Positions 13,673 to 27,500 of a DNA stretch of 64,000 nucleotides are shown here, one piece after another. Numbering within the stretch: position 1 is the stretch's first letter; each line of letters begins with the position of its first letter. Under the pieces are notes generated by a model, which saw only the letters and a list, made by a program, of their open reading frames with translations, searched no databases and was not told the origin of the DNA. Source of the stretch: Macrostomum lignano (taxonomy: Eukaryota); contig NIVC01001607.1 in the NCBI GenBank assembly GCA_002269645.1, positions 124,001 through 188,000 of the forward strand, given 5' to 3'. The translations under genes and the position numbers were made by a program.

Positions 13673-15356
13673 TAAATTCGATTGGATTCATCACAAACGA
13701 TATGCTTATAAATAAATATCTAAGGCTACTGCAATATCATTCCGTGCTTACGCTAAAAAATATTTTAGATTTTCTTCCTGACAACGAACCTTAGCTTTGC
13801 GCCCCTGTTTGATGCCATCATGTCTTGTGAGTTTAATTACACAGGGTCCTAGTGAGGTTTTTAGCCCAACTACTACAAGTACATTTAATTAGTGAAAGTT
13901 CTTTAAATAAATGGATGAGAACCTGGTTGCAGTTCACGAGGACATCATGATCGTGAAGCACGAGCGTCGCGCCGGTATGTACCAGATTGGCGCTTACTAC
14001 GTTGCCAAGATGGCCACGGAGATGCCGCTGGTCATTGTGATGCCGTTCATCACGCTGACTCTGGTGTACTGGATAGCCGGTCTGGGAACCGGGGTCGAGT
14101 ACGTTCCATTCGTGCTGGGAATTCTCGTGAATGCCATGGCATGTCAGGTACGTGCTAAATGAAGCAGATAAGTTTGAATTTGAATATTCTTGCATTGATG
14201 TGAAATGGGAAACGTTTTAGGATATTCTGTGTCGCGTCTGGGCTTTTGGGCTCACTGTTTTAAATTAAGCGAACAAAGCAAGCTCTAACGAGCTATCCCT
14301 CACCATTTTGCAGGGCATCGGAATATTTGTTGGTTTGCTGACGGATATACCGAAAGCCAATTTGACTATTGCTTTCGTGTTTATGATGTTCTCACTTCTA
14401 CTTGGTGAGTAGTACGAATAGTTTTTATTCCTTTTGCAGTATATTTTTGGTATGTAACTGTACTGGAATCTTATTTTGAATGTCCAACAGGTGGCTTCTT
14501 TACAACTGCTATACCTGTGTGGTTGGTGTGGGCCAAGTACCTGTCGTTCATCCGGTACTGCTACCACTTTACCATGCTGCTGTCTATGCGAAGCTCGCCC
14601 AACTTCTTGTAAGTACAGTCCTAAAACCTACCTCTGTTTTTTAGTATTTGTTCAGTAGTTTTGGATGCTTCGAGCATAACAGTGTCCCGAAAGTGTTCTG
14701 AATTGCTTCAGTGATTGGAAGAGATGTGTGGCCAGGAAGCCCGGAAGGAACAATAAAGTTCAAGTCTAGAATAACGTTTTGACATTTTTATAGAGGATTA
14801 CTGGATGTGAGGTAATCCATTTCTAATGTTAAAAATATTTATAATTGAATTAATAAAAATAGAATAATTTGATAGCAACAGCAATGCAGCCCTTTTTCTG
14901 ACAATTTAAACAAAACCGATATGCAATTTAGACATCTCAGTATGCAGATTCGTCATTCCATTTTTAGAAAACAATTTCGTATTTCGATTTAGACAAGACA
15001 ACATTAAATTTAGCCACCGGCAGTACAAATCTAGTCAGTTCCTCGTCTCACTCTCGATGGTCTGATGCTAATAGCAAGGAACTGAGGCAAAACGCAAATT
15101 CAAAATAGACACATAGTCCTGCTTTTTATTACTCATCCACAGGTGCGCCACCACCCTGAGGAGCGCCTATCCCAGCTGCCTGAACGGCACCTACCTGAAC
15201 GCGAACAACCAGACCACATTCCCGTCCTCTGAGATCATCCAGTACTTGCCCGACCAGCCGCTGCCAATCTGGGCCAACTGTCTCGTCCTTCTGCTGTTCC
15301 TCGTCCTCTTCCGTGTGGCCGGCTACCTGTGGCTTCGCTACATGAAGAAAGTTTAA
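11519..15356 (+). CDS. ABCG-family half transporter, paralogue B (10 exons, 681 aa)
   Basis: Exons 11519-11714, 12097-12266, 12354-12459, 12670-13026, 13146-13666, 13769-13826, 13933-14147, 14314-14404, 14491-14608, 15143-15356. Same exon sizes and motifs as paralogue A; frame intact. Confidence 0.93.
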
Positions 15357-16499
15357 TTGTTTTCATTACTTTTCTCACAGTTGAGGTCATAGTACTGCAA
15401 GCTTGCATCAGCGTTCTATTAACTAATATTGACCCTTAACATAAATTGGGAAACGCTTCAGTGCTACATAAAACCAAATTTCCGGACTATATATTGTAGT
15501 AAGATGTTAACTTTTTGATACTGAAGCAATGACTACTCAATAACAAGTGGCGGGAAACTACAAAAGTTGGAGGCCGATCTATCAACAACTTAGTCCTCGA
15601 AAAGCATTACTCAGATCGGTTTTACCTTGTTGTCAGTGAGTTTGCGTCTGTGGTAAAAACTCTAGTAAAGTATCTAGTTATTGAGTAGTCCCTGTATTTG
15701 TATTTTTTTAGCTTCCATGAAGTCAGCAGGTTGAATTAAAGACGGGTATTTTCTTTGTTTTAATAATTTAATCTATTCTGTAATTTTTAAAAACATCACA
15801 TGTGTACTCGTACTTTAGGCCTACTTAGAGTAGTCTGGCCTTTTCTTTTTTACGCCATAAATTTTGCATCATATGCATACACTCCATTATTCAAAGATCG
15901 TTTGATATTTTAAGTGAAACCGATGAGATTATCCGCTCAAATTTACAGAAATTAAATACATGTATGTTTTATTTTAGAAATGTCAAAAGTTTGCCACTAC
16001 TTTTTTTCTTGTAAATGTCTTACTTAATAAATAAACAGATACAGAGTTTACAGAGTTTACGGTTGAATGGTTAATGCATCGCCATGCACAATTCATTGAA
16101 TTGCTTATTCTAGAATCCTGGAAAACTACAATAGAAGCAAGCTACACTCGAATTTCTTAGAAACGACCTGGAAGCCGGAAAGGAATGTACTCGTATATTT
16201 GTCGAATCGAAAGTGCATTCATTAGGCTCTCCAGAAATCGGATTTCTCTGGCGCGGATTTGTCTATGGCAAAACCTTAATCGACGCTATGCGTTCTCTTG
16301 TTTTGGAGACGTCAACACTTATTGACGCATTAATGCACGCTAATTGATCTTTTTGTCTATGGTAAATTTGAAGTCTTCTCCACAGTTGGCTCTACCAGTC
16401 GGCAATGTGATAGATGCACGGCTTGATCTTGCAATAATGCCATAGACACTCTATGACTAACGCGCACTCGTCGTCTAGACATTATTGCATTACTATCTA

Positions 16500-16855
16500 T
16501 CCATTCCGCTAAACCTTGGCGACCAGAGACAGTTGGTGCTGTGGTGTGCCCTCCGGAGAGTCCAGGAAGTCCTGCCCGCTTGCCCTTACGTAGCGGACGA
16601 GCTGGCAGAGATTCTCAGGCCTGAAAATGTCGGCGAGGTCCGGTTTTGTGCCGAGGTAGGTGCAGAGCCTGTCATGAGTAATGCGGATCATTCACAGATT
16701 AAGTGCTCCGCATTCTCGACACTGGAGAGCCAGAATGAGTATTTCTCATTACGGATTTTTCCTTGAGGTAGAGAAGCAGCGATGACGCAAGAGGACCATG
16801 GTCACCACCCTGCTGTCCCTGCCATTGAGTCTAAGCAGGGACGTGCACAGGAGAC
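16500..16855 (-). mobile_element. Degenerate 3' fragment of the LINE family at 1702-3166
   Basis: The reverse complement aligns by eye to ~2690-3100 ([18 protein letters not shown]). Confidence 0.85.
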
Positions 16856-17114
16856 ATCCGTACTCAAAGGTACGAATGAAAATTTTATAGCAATAATGCT
16901 TGTTTCTACTCGAAAATTTGCAATTTATTGCAATAGCTACCATAATCCTGTATAATCTATATAATCTATATCTATAGATTTCTAAATCTATATATAATCT
17001 ATATAATCTATATAATACGAGGCCAACTCCTCCGTTGGAGGAGAAAGGGGAAGAACTCCCATCATCGGAATCCATCAGCTGAATCCTATGACCCGAATCC
17101 CATCATCCAAGGTC

Positions 17115-17530
17115 TCTCTAAAATCCATCAAATTCCTCTCCATGAAACAGAAATCCATTAAAATCCTCTCTTTCAAACAGATTTTTATTCATAAAAACTC
17201 TCTCAGTCAAACAGATATTGATCAAAACTCTCCGTAAAACAGATATTCATCAAAATTCTCTCCGTGAAACAGAAATCCATTTAAATCCTCTCCGTGAAAC
17301 AGGAATCCATTAAAATCCTCTCCGTGAAACAGAACTCCATCAGAATCCTCTCCGTGAAACAGAACTCCATCAGAATCCTCTCCGTGAAACAGAACTCCAT
17401 CAAAATCCTCTCCGTGAAACTTAAATCCATCAAAATCCTCTCCATGAAACTTAAATCCATCAAAATCCTCTCCATGAAACTTAAATCCATCAAAATCCTC
17501 TCCGTGAAACCGATATTCATCAAAATTCAC
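17115..17530. repeat. 30-bp minisatellite (CCATCAAAATCCTCTCCGTGAAACAGAACT-like)
   Basis: About 12 copies that degenerate toward the ends; it produces the 10-aa periodic ORFs in the track. Confidence 0.9.
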
Positions 17531-19019
17531 TGTTGAACGAATATCTATCAATATTATCTCCTTCAAGCAAAAATCCATCAATTTAATCAACAGACTCTGT
17601 TAAATTGGAGTGTATTAAAAACGCTTTCTAATTGTCTGGCTTAAATATATGCAAAGAAAAGGATTCAGTGGTTAGGGTTAGGGTTAGAGCTGCACAGTGC
17701 TTCCTGTTGAAAGGCACCGATAATAAAAAAATTGAACCAATTGAACCAATTAATTGCGAAATCTATTTTTCAGTCAGTCAGTATCAGTCTTAGTTAAAGT
17801 TAACAAAATGATTGCGCAATCTAAATCAACCCTCCAATACACAGCGGCAGTTAGAAGTTGAAGCCCCAAATTTATCTATTGCGTCTCGAAAAAAGGAGTA
17901 CAATTCAATCTTTGCAGAAAGTTAAAAGTATGGAAATCGTTTTTTGAATGCTGTGCTTTTAGTTTTCATACTTTAAGCAAACAACTTATATCAGAATTTA
18001 AAGATCTTTCCAGCAATATAAGTCTTTTCTCTCAAAGTTCAAAACTTGAGGCACAGTTTGTTTGAAATTTCCCAGTTTAAAGCATTGAATTTTTGAGTGT
18101 ACATTCACTGCCTGCTACAGTGAGAGGCTTGAAAGTTCATGCATTGAATTTCACTGTCCGCCAGTTAGCAAGGGTCCAAGTGTACGCACGCAGCCACTTA
18201 GAACGCCCCAATCCCCCCACTGGAGAGAAAATGCACTGCCCAGATAGGAAAAAAGTTGTGGCGCAATCACTCAAAATTGATGCAAATTTTCACTTCAGAG
18301 CAGAAAAAGTGGCCAAAGAAGGTTAAGAAAACAGTTTTTTGCTTTTTTAACGGACTTGAATTTTAATTTTTCAACATTAAAATAGCCTATTTGTTGCGTA
18401 GGAAAATTCTGAATTGATATATATAAGTCTCGCATTTGAGTTGGCAGCCGTCTAGGAGGAGATACGCGTTAAACCCGGCCGGTCGATCGATCGACCCACT
18501 CAGCTTTAGATATAAGAGATATATAATCCTGTATAATCTGTAGCATCTAAACTATTCTCCGTAATCCTTCCTAATGACCATATGGACCATTTCGAAACTT
18601 AAAGGTTATAAAATAAGAAACAATTATTTAGTTCCTTTAGCTACAGCCTGTCTTTGACAGTTTTCGAAGATCTTCAGCAATAAACTATAGTTAATACTGG
18701 AATATACACCTCCGAATACTACATGCAGCTCCTCAGAAGAGAGCCGAATGGACAGTCATCAAACTAAAGGATGTAGATTCTGGCTTCTGCATTTGACAAT
18801 TATCGGTTCCATCATCATTTTTATGTCAGAAAACAAGGAACGAAAGAAAGAACGGACGTCAGGGCACAAGCTTTTTCGGCAAGCGTTGTGATCTGGCTGC
18901 TTCAACTTTTGTCTTGATTCACGTCAGCATACGAGCTACAATACAAGCCTTAGCTATTGGAATACAACTAACTGTTACTTATTAATGATAATTGAATTAA
19001 CTCAGTGACTCTACTTTAC

Positions 19020-19110
19020 CGCTCGTCGCCATCGTCGTCGACGTACTCGATCGGAACCGGACCGGACATCTCGAGGTGCATGTCCGCCCTACCGTTCGCT
19101 TTGCCGTCCG
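19020..19110 (-). pseudogene. Orphan 91-bp fragment of ABCG exon 5
   Basis: Matches the reverse complement of C ~26442-26532 (and A ~7390-7480) with about 2 substitutions. Confidence 0.9.
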
Positions 19111-19811
19111 TCGACGGCAAATGTTTTTATGCTTTTTCGACCCAGTGAGAAATCCAGTTACATTCTTTCATCCATGGCATGCTGTGACAAAGAGACATCT
19201 ATGGAAAAACTTAGAGAACCATAAAACTTCTAAAGAAGCAGAATATTTCCCACTGGGCTTCAGCTTCATTGCTCTTTGTTCCCTCTTTTAGCTACTACAA
19301 AAATCATGGATGTGCATTCAAGTGTTGTTCAGAGGAGTGTGGTTTGCATCCTTTGGATGGACGGAGCACAGTGCAGCCGAAATTCATTGCAAATTTTATC
19401 AGCTCATGGGTCGAGCGCAGTCAGCAAAATGACCATCTATCGCTGGATAGATCAGTTTCAAGATGGAAAGACGGATCTTGCGGATCAGCCCAGGACACAT
19501 GGATCAGCCCACATGTTCGTGACTCTGACGTCTTGACTGAAGCTATCCTCGATCTTCTGGATGAGGACTGTCGAATGACGATCCGAGAGATTGCCGACAG
19601 GCTCGATACTCCGCGATGGACAATTCACCAAAGCCTCACCAGCATGAAGTATGGATGGGCATTGATGCTGGCCATCACACTCCTTTGAGCAACACTTAAA
19701 TGCACATGCAATTTTTGAATGCAGGAAAAATCCATGATTTTTGGCACTGCAGAATGAGGGAACAAAAAGCAATACAGCTGAAGCCCTGTGGGAAATTTTC
19801 TGCTGCTTTAA

Positions 19812-22355
19812 CAGTAGAAAGACCACGCTATTTTTCCCCATGGGGAAAGACCATAGGGTGTATTACAAATACACGCGACCCATTTCACGATAGCTCGCAA
19901 ACCGAATTACCGAGTTTCGTAAAAGTCCACCATATGGATCAAACTTTTTCCCCCTTTCCGACGAACTAACTTTTAAAGTCATCCGACGTCAGCATCGTCG
20001 AAATATTCAACGATTCTTGTCGAAGACACTGGTGGCAAGGACAACCAACACTACACTGTATAAACCTTTATGGAAAATCCATATTGGCTCAATAATCTGG
20101 GTCCATCTGTCGTAGAGGCCTTTGTTCTCAGCGTCCCAGGCCCCAGGGTCCCCTTCATCTCCGTCTGGAGCATCGGCGGCGACCGTCGGGACCTACAACA
20201 AAAGCACCCGATCGGCATCTCAGAGACGGCTGCGTTCCCAAAAACTGAAATGGAAGAATCCTCTTCTGCATGCAGCATTCAGTCAGTAGACACAATCAGT
20301 AAATGAAATGGACGATGGCGACCCTCTAGGCTGACCTGTAGACAGACAAGCGACCTTCTGGACCTTCAACGGAGTGCCACCACGCGGCCCCGACAAGCTG
20401 GCCCCCCAACATCGTGATTTTTCTATCAAGGCACCAAACCAGGATACAATGATCCTGCACCATGTTCAGCATTCAGCTCTGTCTGGACGACCTTTAGGAC
20501 CTTCAACGGAGTGCCACCACGCGGCCCTGACGAGCTGACACCGCCAACATCGTGATTTTTCTATCAAGACACTAAACCAGGCATGTCTGCGTACTATACA
20601 ATGGTCCTGCACAATGTTAAATTCGAAACTGCCGAACATCGTCAGCGGACTGCCACAACGGACAAGCTCTACGGCATCCGACGCCTCTGGGACACCTTTG
20701 TCAGTCAGCTGCGCCATCCTGTCCTTTCCAGGCCGTACAACTCTGATTGTCTACTGGGGTGTGAACTGTGACTTCACAGTCTTTCTGAAGGAGAAGCCCG
20801 GTCTTCTTCTTCTTCCATTCGGGCGCGATCGGGCCAGGGCCCATGGAACCGGGCGTCAGATCGCGCCCGCCTTCCCGAAGAAGTTCAACACCGAAGTGCA
20901 GTTCTCGAAAACTGCCGCGGGATCCGGGCTTGGCCCCAACGGTCGCAATGGTGCCAAGCTGTTCCTGCTGATGTCAGCTGGAAATCCAGAGATTCAGGAT
21001 GACATGGAAATCCGCTATGAGTTTAATGCGGAAATCTGCATTGGCTGGCAAAGGAACACTGCTGTCCACTACTTTTGCATCACAGGAATCAGGAATCCGA
21101 TGCTCGGCTGGCCAAGGGCTCAGAGGTGTGGAGTGGTGGGCAAGTTGTTTGCCACTATGGCTGATCCATTCAGAGGACACTGGCACAGCACCACATGTGA
21201 CAGATTCTTCTCGAGTCTTGCGCTGGCCAATCACTTGTACCGGGAAATGGGATTCACGTTTCTTGGAACAGTGATGCGCACTCGTGGTGGCCTGCAAGCC
21301 GATCTCAAGAATTCAACTCAAAACATGGCTCCACACACGAGCAAATTCCGGTTTTCTGAGGAGCTCACGTGTGTGTCCTACTGCCTGTTCAGATCCTTCT
21401 GCTCTGAATTTGCTGCATGATCATTTTTGACATACCGTAGTATCATTTTGACATACTGTAATATCATCATTTTTGACATACCGTAGTATCATTTTGACAT
21501 ACTGTAATATCATCATTTTTGACATACTGTAATATCATTTTTAGGAAATTAAATATTTTTTTCAGTCGCCAGTTAAATGCATTGTATAATATGCAGAAAT
21601 GCCTGGTTTGGAGCCTTGATAGAAAAATCACGATGTTGGCGGTGTCAGCTCGTCAGGGCCGCGTGGTGGCACTCCGTTGAAGGTCCTAAAGGTCGTCCAG
21701 ACAGAGCTGAATGCTGAACATGGTGCAGGATCATTGTATCCTGGTTTGGTGCCTTGATAGAAAAATCACGATGTTGGGGGGCCAGCTTGTCGGGGCCGCG
21801 TGGTGGCACTCCGTTGAAGGTCCAGAAGGTCGCTTGTCTGTCTACAGGTCAGCCTAGAGGGTCGCCATCGTCCATTTCATTTACTGATTGTGTCTACTGA
21901 CTGAATGCTGCATGCAGAAGAGGATTCTTCCATTTCAGTTTTTGGGAACGCAGCCGTCTCTGAGATGCCGATCGGGTGCTTTTGTTGTAGGTCCCGACGG
22001 TCGCCGCCGATGCTCCAGACGGAGATGAAGGGGACCCTGGGGCCTGGGACGCTGAGAACAAAGGCCTCACGACCGATATACGTAGTTCGTTGAGCCGACG
22101 TGGTTTCATGATGAGATTTTGTGAGCAGAAAATTTTTGCCAATGTTGGTGGTTTTTGCCACCAGATACCCCGAGGAGAATCGTTAAATATCTCGACGATG
22201 CCATTTTTTCGTGATTTTCGAAGTTGCTTCATCAAATAGAGCGAAAAATTTTAGCCCATGTTCTGGATTTTCATGGCAATTGGTTGAATATTTTTGGAGA
22301 TACAGACAAACGAAAAATGTGTGTATTTGAAATACACCCCATGGTCTTTCTACTG
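19812..22355. mobile_element. Non-autonomous piggyBac element with internal inverted duplication
   Basis: Perfect 13-bp TIRs CAGTAGAAAGACC and GGTCTTTCTACTG, each flanked by TTAA (19808-19811, 22356-22359). Inner arms ~20107-20583 and ~21599-22069 are near-identical and inverted. Confidence 0.88.
20630..21400 (+). pseudogene. piggyBac-type DDD transposase fragment
   Basis: TDKLYGIRRLWDTF, GAKLFLLM...YEFNAEICIG and HSTTCDRFFSSLALANHL...FTFLGTVMRTR...FSEELTCVSY match piggyBac (DDE_Tnp_1_7-type) motifs; frameshifted and truncated. Confidence 0.8.
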
Positions 22356-22517
22356 TTAAAAGTTTTATGGTTCTCCAAGTTTTTCCATACATGTCTCTTT
22401 GTCACAGCATGCCCTGGATGAAAGAATATAACTGGATTGCTCACTAAGTCGAAAAAGCATAAAAGCATTTGCGCGCGCAGCAAGACACAAAGTCAGCTAG
22501 CCCGCAGGCAAAAAAAA

Positions 22518-22680
22518 CCTCCCGAGGGAGGGGGGTGGGCGCAAGCCGGGGGAGTAGGCGATGTACACAAACGCCGGTTAGTGCTGGCAGCACAAACCCT
22601 CCCGAGGGAGGGGGGGTGGGCGCAAGCCGGGGGGGGTAGGCGGTGTACACAAACGCCGGTTAGTGCTGGCAGCACAAACC
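22518..22680. repeat. Two ~80-bp G-rich direct repeats
   Basis: CCTCCCGAGGGAGGGGGGTGGGCGCAAGCCGGGGG...GCAGCACAAAC occurs twice in tandem. Confidence 0.85.
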
Positions 22681-22844
22681 AGCTCATAAATGGCTGGGCT
22701 GGCAGAATATTTCATCCATGGCTTTTATTTCAATGTAGATAATAGGCGTTTTATAACCTTATAACCTTAATTATTGCTTCCTAATCTAAATAACATCATT
22801 CTGCACAAAATTATAGCGGAAAATCTCTTTCATTATAGTCACTT

Positions 22845-23430
22845 TTAACATCTTCAGAAACAGACAATGGAAAAAAAGTTATGAACTCAAATGTAGCATA
22901 TGTTCGACCATAGCCTTACAGTAAGTCAACAAGTTAGCCAAATTTCGAAGTGGTAGCTGATAAACGGGTAACCGGCTGCAGTGAATGTGTAAAATGACTG
23001 CGGTAAATGACTGTATTAGACCAATGAGCCGTTTAAAGTTGCACATGAATCTCGGCTGCACTGTGCCATGTCCTCCAAGGGTACCTCTCATTTCGCCGAT
23101 TCTCGTTTCGCCGATTCTCGTTTCGCCGATTCTCGTTTCGCCGATTCTCGTTTCGCCGATTCTCGTTTCGCCGAATCTCATTTTGCCGATTCTCGTTTCG
23201 CTGCTTTAAAAGTTTTATGGTTCTCCAAACTTTCCATAGAAATTTTTTTTTAATCTCTTTGTCACAGCAGCCTAAACAAAGAAGTCTGAGTGCATTCAAT
23301 CAAAAGTACTTTCGCTACTTTCTGCTAGCTTGTTGACGTACTGTAATTCTATAGTCGAGTTCCTGCTAAATTTTTATTCATAACTTTTGTTCAGTTTTGT
23401 TTCCATTGTCTGTTTTAAGAGATGTTAAAA
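22845..23430. mobile_element. Second degenerate fold-back relic with mariner-related sequence and a 15-bp tandem array
   Basis: Diverged inverted arms ~22845-22940 and ~23325-23430. Minus-strand CACAGTGCAGCCGAGATTCAT resembles 19366-19386. (TTTCGCCGATTCTCG)n at 23090-23200; 23200-23270 resembles 22350-22410. Confidence 0.6.
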
Positions 23431-23967
23431 CCAACATTAGTTTTGAATCATCAGAACGAGAGATATAAACAAAAGTAACACTACTTTCGGGACAGCACTC
23501 GAATATAAGATATACATATTTGACTAGAGCTTGACTCCCCTTTAAAAAGCTGTAAAGTGAACAAATATCACAAGAATGACGAAAAGCGTCACTTAAGAAA
23601 TTAGCTCTTGCAATGTAAAAACATTATTAAGATGTTTCAATTAATAGCAAACTCGAAGCGCGCTGAGCGTGCGAGTGCAAACCTGTTCGTCTGTGCGGCC
23701 TTCCAACTGCGAACTAAACTTTTGCATCACAAGATTTTTGCTTAATTAAATATTAGCTTTCGATTTTACCTCGCATGGCTAATAGACTTTAGAGCCCGGG
23801 CTCATCTCAGCTCTGCTCCGTGCAGTGCTTTCATAAACCCTATGTTAAAGCAAATTTTATTTTTAAGAGTACCACAGTCTACTAGCTTGTATAGGACTTA
23901 TCTCCAAGATTAGTGCGAAATTTTATGCTCCTTGCCTTGACTTTGTGAAAGAGCAGATAGATCCATG

Positions 23968-24418
<451 letters not shown>

Positions 24419-24598
24419 TGCTGCTCTCGCAAAGAGAAGGTGGAAAGTTTGCGGCTGGGGTGTTGTCTGCGGTTTTCGGGTTGGTTAAGAAGACAATTTA
24501 TGTTTGCTGTGTTGGCTAGAACTGCATTTTTTAGTATCAACTGCCACTTAAAAACTGTAACTTAATGTGCTTTTACCAAACTCAGAAACGCACTCAGA

Positions 24599-27500
24599 AT
24601 GGCATCACAGGAATCCGAAATTGCACAAACGACTCAACCGATGCGTAATCCAGTTCTCAGTGGCGAAGGCGTGAGAAGGCGGACAACTCTGACTGCTGAT
24701 CGGCTGTGTGTGTTCGCCGGAGCGAAGCAGATTATGCACGGCGTGAGCGCCATCGCCAGGAGTGGAAGCCTGCTGTCGGTGATGGGTCCCAGCGGTGAGG
24801 CTAGCTTAAAAGTGCATTGAACTTAAGGAATGAAGGCACATTGCGAAAGACCACTAAAGATATCTCGCTATACGAGTATTGTACCAAAAGCGTAGAGCAA
24901 AGTCTTGAAACTGCGATGACTTTTCTGGACCTCGTAAATCTTTAACAAATTTAATGTAATATCACATTTACCAAGCTTTTTGTCTGAGACATTTCCTTTC
25001 AGTAACGCTCTATTTAGGCGTAGGTTTCTTTTATCTATGTTTCACGTTACCAGGGAGCGGCAAGACGACCTTCTTGAACGCTCTCTCCGGGCGGATGCCC
25101 CTGACGTCGGGCAGCATCACGGTGGGCGGCAAGCCGGTGTCGCCCAGGATGCGAAAGTCATTCGGCTACGTCACTCAGATGGACGTGTTCTTCCCCACAC
25201 TAACTCTACGAGAGACTGTTGAGGTGAGACTTTACGGCAGGCACGCATTTGTTTAGCTTTCCGACCTGAACATAAATAACAAATTGTACTTTATAATTCA
25301 GTTCGCCGCTCGAGTGAAGCTCCCCGACACGCTGACGGAGAAGGAGCGAAAAGCGCGCATCGACGAAGTGATAAAATCTTTGGAATTGGAGAATTGCATG
25401 GAGACAAGTGCGTGTGAACGTGATTTTTTGACAAAATATAAGTATGGAAAGAACTTTTACGCATGTTTCATTAAAACCGTGCCAAGAAACCATAAAACCA
25501 TAATTATGCGCTAGTAAATTTCTAGTGCCGATTTTTATTTAGTATTGCTCGTAAATCGATTAATTTTTTGGTAGAAACGGATTTGAACTGACCATAAATA
25601 TACCAAGATGTTAAAAACAGTTTAGGAAAAATTTCTCGTCGGGGAAATAAAAATGACGACGGCAACATGGCTATAACGGAGTAATACTCGTACGAGTACT
25701 AACATACCTTGAAATAACGGTTTCACAGTCATGGGAAACTTCATGATGCCCGGCCTGTCCGGAGGCGAGAAGAAGCGAGCCAACATCGCCTGCGAGCTGC
25801 TCCGAAATCCGGACGTGCTGCTGCTAGACGAGCCGACGTCCGGTCTCGACTCCAGCCTGGCCATGACGCTGATCGACCTGCTGCGCCGCTGGTCGATCAA
25901 GGAGAACAAGATCGTCATCGCCAGCATCCACCAGCCGTCGTCACAGATTTTCCACGTGTTCGACGACCTGCTGCTGCTGACGGACGGTCACATCTCGTAC
26001 AGCGGAAAGCGCAGCGGGATGGTCGACTACTTCGAGAGCATCGACGTACCCTTTCACAAGCACTGGAATCCCGCCGACTTCATGCGTGAGTGACCATATA
26101 ACGATAGGCAGGCACATTAATGTAGTTATGGAAGACCATTTAGTTAGCGCATCTTGTTTACGCCATCCGTTACAATAATCACAACGTTTACATCACATCT
26201 ACAGTGGAGATCGTGAAGGGCTCGTCCGAAAACAAGCACCACATCATCGAGCAGGGCGCCAGATTCTCGGACCTCGGACAGCTCAAGTCGCTCATCACTG
26301 CCGACAGCTCTCGAGCTCTGCTAGACCAAGGCGCTGGAGGCGATGGAGAAGATGCGGACGAAGTCAATGGTTACCTCGAAAAGCAGGGCAACGGCTCATC
26401 GGTGAGTCTCGGTCACGTGAACCCGGCCTACGAGGAGGCGGACGGCAAAGCGAACGGTAAGGCGGACACGCACCTCGAGATGTCCGGTCCGGTTCCGATC
26501 GAGTACGTCGACGACGATGGCGACGAGCGCGAGCTGTCGGAGGTGACTCGGGTAAAGTGGTGTCGTCAGCTCAACGCGCTCACCATTCGAGGCTTCTACC
26601 TGGCTCGCAGCCGTTTCCTATCCGTGTTTCCAATAATTCAAACGCTGTTTGTGGGTCTGATCTGCAGCTTGCTGTGGTGGCAGATTACCCGCACAGAGGA
26701 GCACGTCAAGGACATAATGGGTTGTGTAAGTCTTGATGGCATTTGCGGGGTTCTAACTAGAAGTAAATTTACGACCGTAATACGCGTAATTCTAAATAAA
26801 AGAGAAAATTTCTTTAACTTATACAGATTTTCTTCTTGGCAACGAATCTTAGCTTTGCACCCCTGCTCGAAGCCGTCGTGTCATGTGAGATCAATTTTTT
26901 ATGCATGTTATAAATACCGATAATGTGCCTGATAGAACTACTTGAAGTATCAACTAGTATGTAATGACACTGATGCGGAAAAACGTACGTTTGTTCCAGT
27001 TCAAGAGGACATCATGATCGTGAAGCACGAGCGTCGTGCTGGCATGTACCAGATTGGCGCTTACTACGTTGCCAAGATGGCCACGGAGATGCCGCTGGTT
27101 ATAGTAGCACCGTTTATCATGCTGACTCTGGTGTACTGGATCGCCGGTCTGGGAACTGGTGTCGAGTACGTGCCGTTTCTACTGGGATATCTTGCCAACA
27201 GCGTGGCTTGTCAGGTACTTTACTCAGCAGCGTATTGTTCAATTTGAATTGTTTAATTGTTTGAATGACGAGAGCTCGCCCCATCCTACTAAAATTCTTT
27301 CACACAACAGTCTTACTTTGCATGATTCTCCAGGGCATCGGGATATTTGTTGGCCTTCTGACGGACACTCCAAAAGCTAACGTGACCATTGCCTACATTT
27401 TCATGATGTTCTCGCTTTTGCTTGGTGAGTGTGGTGCGCAGCCTATGCGTGTACAATGCCCTTTCTCTTGCTCTCTAGCCAACGTGCTCAGTACCCCAAT

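Larger units (their letters stand above)
19115..22470. mobile_element. Mariner-derived fold-back element, interrupted by a piggyBac
   Basis: Diverged inverted arms 19115-19345 versus 19672-19811 plus 22360-22470. The internal frameshifted mariner N-terminal HTH segment reads SAAEIH...TIYRWIDQFQDG and DCRMTIREIADRL...TIHQSL (~19330-19640). Confidence 0.7.

Noticed and set aside
17222-17590. FDGFKFHGED repeat protein
   Set aside because: A 30-bp minisatellite; the frame is interrupted by stops where the array degenerates.
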